Source: an uncultured Alphaproteobacteria bacterium (lineage in GTDB: Bacteria > Pseudomonadota > Alphaproteobacteria > RF32 > CAG-239). From it: a stretch of 51,725 nt of DNA. Positions within the stretch are counted from its first letter, which is position 1. The number at the start of each line of letters is the position of its first letter. Made by a program: the position numbers and the translations under genes. The stretch lies in the NCBI GenBank assembly GCA_905235385.1, contig CAJOLB010000004.1:6543-58267 (forward strand), in the 5' to 3' direction. The notes under the pieces were generated by a model. The model had not been told where the DNA came from. It did not search any database and saw nothing but the letters and a program-made list of their open reading frames with translations. Below are positions 46,693 through 51,725 of this stretch, piece after piece.

Positions 46693-48126
46693 TTATTTGA
46701 ACTTGACTTTGATTTTATTGTCTTTGTCTTTGACATATTTTAAGGCTTCAGTTTTTGTTAAAACGCGATATTTCGGTTTACTGCCGTTGTCTGATGTTCT
46801 TTGATCCTGTTGTTTGTATAAATTGTTGAATTTTCCAATTGTTTCCGGAACATCTTGAGAAATAATATCTTTAATATTCTGTCCCTCTTTAACGACCTGA
46901 CATTTTCCGCTTGAGACATCGCAATAACCGATTAATTTTCCCGTATTCTGATCATAATCAAACGTAAACAATTTGTCTCCGTTTTGCTCATCCGAAATCT
47001 CATTTAAGAGCCCGTTTTCGTTATAGTTTAAGCTCATAAAAGAAACTTTTTCTTGAAAAGGCTCTGCACAATGCCCCATTTTTTTTGCATTACTTGCTGT
47101 ATCTACAACCAGGCAATTATCAGATGAATCAAGAAGCAGAAATTTTTTAGAATCCTGTTCATAAGAATTTACTTTTCCGTCTTTTCCGTAAGTAATGTTG
47201 TTAATCTTACGCAATTGGTTTGTTTTGTTAACATCTGTGTAGCTTTGATATGAGGTAATTCCTTGAGCGGTATATGTTCCCTCATAAACACTTGAAATTG
47301 CTCCGCCGTAAAAAGTTGCGCCGCTGAATATTCCGCCGTCCTGATAGGTAACAACTTCTTGATAATCGCCGTTCGTTTTTATGTATGTGTCACCTTCTTT
47401 TGTAACCTCTCCTTGTCCATCACTTTGTTCTTTATTTTCTCCGACGAACTCGGCAGGAAACGTCACATTGCTTGAATTAACTGAATTCTCCGAAAGTTCT
47501 AAGAAAAATTGAATTGTGCAATAGCGACTTTTTTTACATAAACCACATACAAAGCTCGTAAATTCAGGCGTCGGACTTTCTTGAGCTCCCTCTTTTTTTA
47601 TTATTTCCTCATCTTTTGAAAAATACATTTGTTTTTTTGTGTTTTCAGATGTGATGGCAATATATCCGTGTTTTCCCCATAAATAAGCCGGCAACACATT
47701 TTGCCAACCGACATTTAAGAATTGTTCGCACGAACGTTTTTTATATATATCGTTAAAATGAACATATACCTCCGTATTTAATGAAGGTTTTTGATATTCT
47801 GCCAAAAAATCAAATTCACCCAAAGGTAATTTGCATACCACTCTGTTATTACCGAAGAAGCTCAATGCCTCATCGCACTGTTCAAGCAGTTCATAATTTT
47901 TTAAAGCGATCGGGCTATATAAGCGAGCCTTTTCTTTCATTAAATCCGTTGATCCGTCATAATATTTTTGAAAGAATGTTCTCATGTACGTTGTTATTTC
48001 CACCAGTTTTATGTCATGCCAGCTTCTTAAGCACCATAAAGCTGCAAAAAAACACACACAAACGACTATTAGAACTGAGCCTATTGTATTGAATAACGAA
48101 CTGCCTTTTTGTGAAAAATCGCGCAT
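46693..48126 (-). CDS. N-terminally anchored large hypothetical protein with YD/Tyr-Gly-rich repeats in the C-terminal half
   Basis: The N-terminus QKGSSLFNTIGSVLIVVCVCFFAALW is a single hydrophobic anchor and is weakly prepilin-like, with no Glu at +5. The middle and C-terminal parts are rich in Y/G/T/D beta-repeat-like segments (TYQDGGIFSGATFYGG, ITYGKDGKVNSYEQD, FTFDYDQNTGKLIGY). Confidence 0.5.
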   Translation of the reverse strand: MRDFSQKGSSLFNTIGSVLIVVCVCFFAALWCLRSWHDIKLVEITTYMRTFFQKYYDGSTDLMKEKARLYSPIALKNYELLEQCDEALSFFGNNRVVCKLPLGEFDFLAEYQKPSLNTEVYVHFNDIYKKRSCEQFLNVGWQNVLPAYLWGKHGYIAITSENTKKQMYFSKDEEIIKKEGAQESPTPEFTSFVCGLCKKSRYCTIQFFLELSENSVNSSNVTFPAEFVGENKEQSDGQGEVTKEGDTYIKTNGDYQEVVTYQDGGIFSGATFYGGAISSVYEGTYTAQGITSYQSYTDVNKTNQLRKINNITYGKDGKVNSYEQDSKKFLLLDSSDNCLVVDTASNAKKMGHCAEPFQEKVSFMSLNYNENGLLNEISDEQNGDKLFTFDYDQNTGKLIGYCDVSSGKCQVVKEGQNIKDIISQDVPETIGKFNNLYKQQDQRTSDNGSKPKYRVLTKTEALKYVKDKDNKIKVKFK

Positions 48127-48206
48127 ATCACAACCTCTGGATATAAATCATATTTCATAATTAGCACACTAATAGTTAATATTCCTTAAATAAGCGAAAC
48201 ACAGAA

Positions 48207-49400
48207 TCATTTCTGTTTTACGGCATTAAACGGTTCCATAACACGCTCTAAAACCCCATTTAATTCTGACAGACATACACCATAATTTGTCATCGGCACA
48301 TCAGCGCTCTGAGCCGCTGCAATACGCGATAATATGGCACGTCTGTTTTGCGTACATCCACCGCATTGCACAATCAGTTTATAGTCTTTCAAATTGTTTT
48401 TAAAATCACACCCCGATACATGTTCAAAAATCAGATCTTTTCCGGTTTTCTTTTTCATTAAGTTCGGGATTTTTATCGTTCCGATATCATCATCTGCTGC
48501 GTGGTGCGTGCAAGATTCGGCGATCAGAACTTTATCTTTGTCTTTTAAGCTCCAAATGCTTTCAGCACCCTTTGCGAACACCCTCAAATCCCCTTTAAGT
48601 CTTGCCATCAAAATAGAAAATGTTGTGCACTTAATGTCTTTCGGAGTGTTATCGACCATAAATTTGACAACTTGTGAATCACAAACAACCAAATCCGGTT
48701 TTTGTTTCAAACTTTTAAGCGCTTTCAGATATTCATCTTCTTTAACAACCATCACCATTTGATTGCGATCCAAACAATCTCTTATTGCCTGAACTTGAGG
48801 CATAATCAGCCTTCCCTTCGGTGCTTCATAATCAATCGGCACAATCATTAAAACCAATCCGCCTTCAGGTGCTAAATCCGAGAGCATCACAGGCTGGGTT
48901 AAAAAATCTTCAGGACAGACTTTTAACAGTAATTTTTGAAATGCCAAAACCGCTTCTGAGCGCTTTGATACATCAAGCGCATTTAATGTGATCTTATTTT
49001 CAAAGACTTTGACATCACATTTTTCTTTTTTATTGAAAATCTTAATCATCGGAATGTTCTTGCTCTGAACAAGCTCTGCGATTTCTTTTTCTGTTTTTCC
49101 TTCTTCCTCATCACAAACCAGAACAGCAACATCGGCCTTATCTAAAACTTTGATTGTTTTTTCAAGCCTTTTTTCGGACAGTTTTGTTTCGTCCCCAAAA
49201 CCTGCCGTATCAAGCCACAAAACAGGTCCCAACGGATGAAGTTCCTGTGCTTTTTCAACAACATCCGTTGTTGTGCCTTTGACCTCAGATACAATAGATA
49301 CCTCTTGACCTGCCATCAAATTCAAAAAACTTGATTTTCCGGCGTTTACTTTTCCTAAAATGGCGATTTGAAGCCTTAAACCTTTGGGTGTATTTTGCAT
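48207..49400 (-). CDS. hydF: [FeFe]-hydrogenase maturation GTPase HydF-like protein
   Basis: GTPase motifs G1 GKVNAGKSS and G3 DTAG. The C-terminal cluster motif C-T-H-x46-C-G-G-C matches the spacing of the HydF CxHx(46-53)HCxxC signature, with Gln in place of the second His. Start set to ATG 49398-49400. Confidence 0.65.
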   Translation of the reverse strand: MQNTPKGLRLQIAILGKVNAGKSSFLNLMAGQEVSIVSEVKGTTTDVVEKAQELHPLGPVLWLDTAGFGDETKLSEKRLEKTIKVLDKADVAVLVCDEEEGKTEKEIAELVQSKNIPMIKIFNKKEKCDVKVFENKITLNALDVSKRSEAVLAFQKLLLKVCPEDFLTQPVMLSDLAPEGGLVLMIVPIDYEAPKGRLIMPQVQAIRDCLDRNQMVMVVKEDEYLKALKSLKQKPDLVVCDSQVVKFMVDNTPKDIKCTTFSILMARLKGDLRVFAKGAESIWSLKDKDKVLIAESCTHHAADDDIGTIKIPNLMKKKTGKDLIFEHVSGCDFKNNLKDYKLIVQCGGCTQNRRAILSRIAAAQSADVPMTNYGVCLSELNGVLERVMEPFNAVKQK

Positions 49401-49440
49401 TTTATTTCCTTTTGCTTCAATTAAAATTAATTTTACTTGT

Positions 49441-50166
49441 TCAATCCCCGATAAAAACCTCAAGCGTATTCAAATATAACTTTCGGCTCAAATCTTCCGG
49501 CATTTCTTGTTTTATTTTCGCAATTTTTTCCGCCACACTTTTTAAGTCTGAAATCTCCGATTGGAACGGTGCATCTGTTTCAACAAGCAACCTTTCCGTC
49601 GGAGCATAATTCAAAATTTCTGTCGCATTTTTTTTCTTAAAGAATCTTTCATTTACAGATATATAATGACCAAACTTCAAAATTTTTTTAAGTATTTCAA
49701 TTGAACCTGAAAAGCTATGAAAAACAGATTTTTCGGGCAACCGTCCCCAATATTTTTCCAAAAACATATCTGCCTTAACCATATGCAACATCAACGGTCT
49801 CTTATATTCAAAAGCGCACTCCAACTGTGCTTCAAAAACTTTTCGTTCCATTTCTTCATTTTTTGATTTCAATCCATCAAAACCGCACTCACCAATCACT
49901 GCGTTATCAAATTTTTGCAAATATGTTTTGAGTTCATCAATAAAATTCGGCTTTGCATCAAGCGCATACCACGGATGCACACCAAAACTCGGCACAACCT
50001 CAAAAGGAAAACCGTTTGCAAATTTCGCAATCTTTTCCCAATCAGAAATTTTTGCCGCAACACAAACACATTTTTCAACACCGGCTTTTTGCAAATCCGC
50101 CATCAAATTTTCAGGTTTCAGATTTTCAAAATCCGTTAAATGAATATGTGCATCAAAAAATAACAT
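49441..50166 (-). CDS. TatD-family metal-dependent hydrolase
   Basis: N-terminal FDAHIHL, plus internal HS and ETDAP motifs. Confidence 0.8.
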   Translation of the reverse strand: MLFFDAHIHLTDFENLKPENLMADLQKAGVEKCVCVAAKISDWEKIAKFANGFPFEVVPSFGVHPWYALDAKPNFIDELKTYLQKFDNAVIGECGFDGLKSKNEEMERKVFEAQLECAFEYKRPLMLHMVKADMFLEKYWGRLPEKSVFHSFSGSIEILKKILKFGHYISVNERFFKKKNATEILNYAPTERLLVETDAPFQSEISDLKSVAEKIAKIKQEMPEDLSRKLYLNTLEVFIGD

Positions 50167-50224
50167 CGAAAAACACCTCTGTTATTTTATAAAAGGTATT
50201 TTTTCCTTTTGCAAGCAGTCTTTT

Positions 50225-50515
50225 TTATGAAATAATATCAAAAGTTCGGTAAACATCTCGATTGTTATCGTTTGCTCTATTCTTAAATGCCGTCAGTTTT
50301 GCAAGCCGATGCATATACACAACCGTAAATAACCTTACAAAACATGTCAAACCGATTTGAGGAGCTTTGTTTTGCTCAATCATTTCCAAAAGGTGTTTGC
50401 GCTTTAAGCCTTCCCTTTTACATATATCATCAAACGCGACCCATTCTTCGTTTGCAAGTCGCATACTTGTCTTCCTGTCAAAAATTGAAATAACACGATT
50501 TTTTAACTTAGTCAT
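50225..50515 (-). CDS. Ribbon-helix-helix (RHH_4-type) domain protein
   Basis: RKTSMRLANEEWVAFDDICKREGLKRKHLLEMI resembles the alphaproteobacterial RHH_4 family. Confidence 0.55.
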   Translation of the reverse strand: MTKLKNRVISIFDRKTSMRLANEEWVAFDDICKREGLKRKHLLEMIEQNKAPQIGLTCFVRLFTVVYMHRLAKLTAFKNRANDNNRDVYRTFDIIS

Positions 50516-50752
50516 AGCTTACCTCCTATTAAATTTTGTTTATATAAGAACTTTATCATCTATTTTACAATGTGCAACAAAAAAGTGTAAAAAATTTTTT
50601 TTAATATTATAAGATGTTATTTAAAAATTTTCCAGCCTTTTGAAAAACAACTAATTTTTTTCAATTAAAAATTGTTTATAATATTATATACGCTTATTGG
50701 ATTTATTTTTTTAGTCTGTGTTTTTGTTGGTTAAAACAAACGAATCGGCTTT

Positions 50753-51640
50753 TTACACCACCAAAATCACACCCAAAATCATCAAAACAAAAAAGAAAAG
50801 TTTTTTAACTAATATTCTCGGTGTAATTCTTTCTTTCAGAGGAATATTATAAAAATAGAGTAAAAAAGCCCCTATTAAAAGCAAAAATACCGGACGCATA
50901 CTGTTAATACCGGAGTTTACAACAGGCGAGAGCTGATCTAACGCATAAGTTGAGCAAAGAAGCCCTAAAGAACAAAAAAATTCATCCAGTGCAAATATTC
51001 TGAACTTCTTAAGATACGGCGGAAAATTCTTCACAATATCTTTTCTGTATTTTTTGATAAACAAAAGCCCAAACGGTAAAATACCTGAAATTATATCAGG
51101 ATACACCACCAGATTAATCCAATTTCCTTCCAAATTCATTGTGCATTTGACCACAATAACTCTGAGCGACAATAAAAACGAAGCAAACAACATATAATAA
51201 AAAGCTCTGTTAAGTTTCGGAATTTTCGTGCTTTTCAGGCTTAACGCGACGGAGGCCATGATGATAATAGCAAAGCCTATATATTGGTGTAATGTTAAAA
51301 CATCATTTAAAACAAAATATGAGAGTATCGGCACAATGATTTCGCCAAGCGCAAAGAGCGCAGACACAACAGATGTGTCAATCACCTTCATCGCCGAATA
51401 AAAAGGATATAAATAAGCCACATCAATTATTGCTAAGATCAAATAAAACCAAAGCGATTCTTTTGTCGGAATGGTCGGCATTCCACAAAACAACACAAGC
51501 GGCAAAAAGACACAATTCATCATTGAAATATAGAAAATCATCGTTGTTTGATGCTTAAATGTTTTATTTGAAAGCAAACTTTCAATCACATCTGAAAGTG
51601 CTTCAAAAAAAGGCGATAAAAATGCAACAAAAAATAACAT
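50753..51640 (-). CDS. DMT-superfamily (EamA-like) transporter
   Basis: About 10 TM helices in two repeated halves. 295 aa. Confidence 0.6.
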   Translation of the reverse strand: MLFFVAFLSPFFEALSDVIESLLSNKTFKHQTTMIFYISMMNCVFLPLVLFCGMPTIPTKESLWFYLILAIIDVAYLYPFYSAMKVIDTSVVSALFALGEIIVPILSYFVLNDVLTLHQYIGFAIIIMASVALSLKSTKIPKLNRAFYYMLFASFLLSLRVIVVKCTMNLEGNWINLVVYPDIISGILPFGLLFIKKYRKDIVKNFPPYLKKFRIFALDEFFCSLGLLCSTYALDQLSPVVNSGINSMRPVFLLLIGAFLLYFYNIPLKERITPRILVKKLFFFVLMILGVILVV

Positions 51641-51725
51641 GTCTCAATTCCGTTCGTTTTTTTATTTTATATATGCCATTTATTACCATTCCATTAAAAA
51701 AGAAGCTCAAAGGGCTTCTTTTTTT

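Overview
AT-rich (about 35-40% GC by eye), gene-dense chromosomal window. The gene set suggests an anaerobic, low-GC alphaproteobacterium-like organism: RpoH sigma-32, a DUF4167 protein, an RHH_4-type protein, MlaA/MlaC, pyruvate phosphate dikinase, ferredoxin, HydF and a TM1266-type [FeFe]-hydrogenase regulator. Most of the window is housekeeping: clpXP, htpG, asnS, thrS, murA, rplQ, rnhA, rnhB, prmC, prs, ppdK, one tRNA-Gly. I saw no rRNA, CRISPR array, transposase or integrase. The main finding is a four-copy family of 126-bp cassettes at 1720-1845, 19800-19925, 27023-27148 and 40004-40129. Each is bounded by 18-bp inverted repeats (consensus gtaaagaaaaaaggaacc) and carries a conserved extended -10 sigma-70-like promoter (TTGATT-N17-TGnTAnnnT). 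Three cassettes sit directly upstream of divergent paralogous prepilin-like genes. The fourth is an orphan beside a decayed pilin leader. At two loci with collinear flanks (27023-27148 and 40004-40129) the 90-bp interior is reverse-complemented between copies. This is the signature of a site-specific invertible promoter (phase-variation switch). No recombinase is encoded in the window. Secondary observations: a conserved bulged leader hairpin with a covarying stem, a scrambled repeat structure next to tRNA-Gly, a 457-bp non-coding gap with a long bidirectional hairpin, an in-frame PrmA-PepP fusion, a remnant of a mobile-element polyvalent protein, and dispersed hydrogenase-maturation genes.
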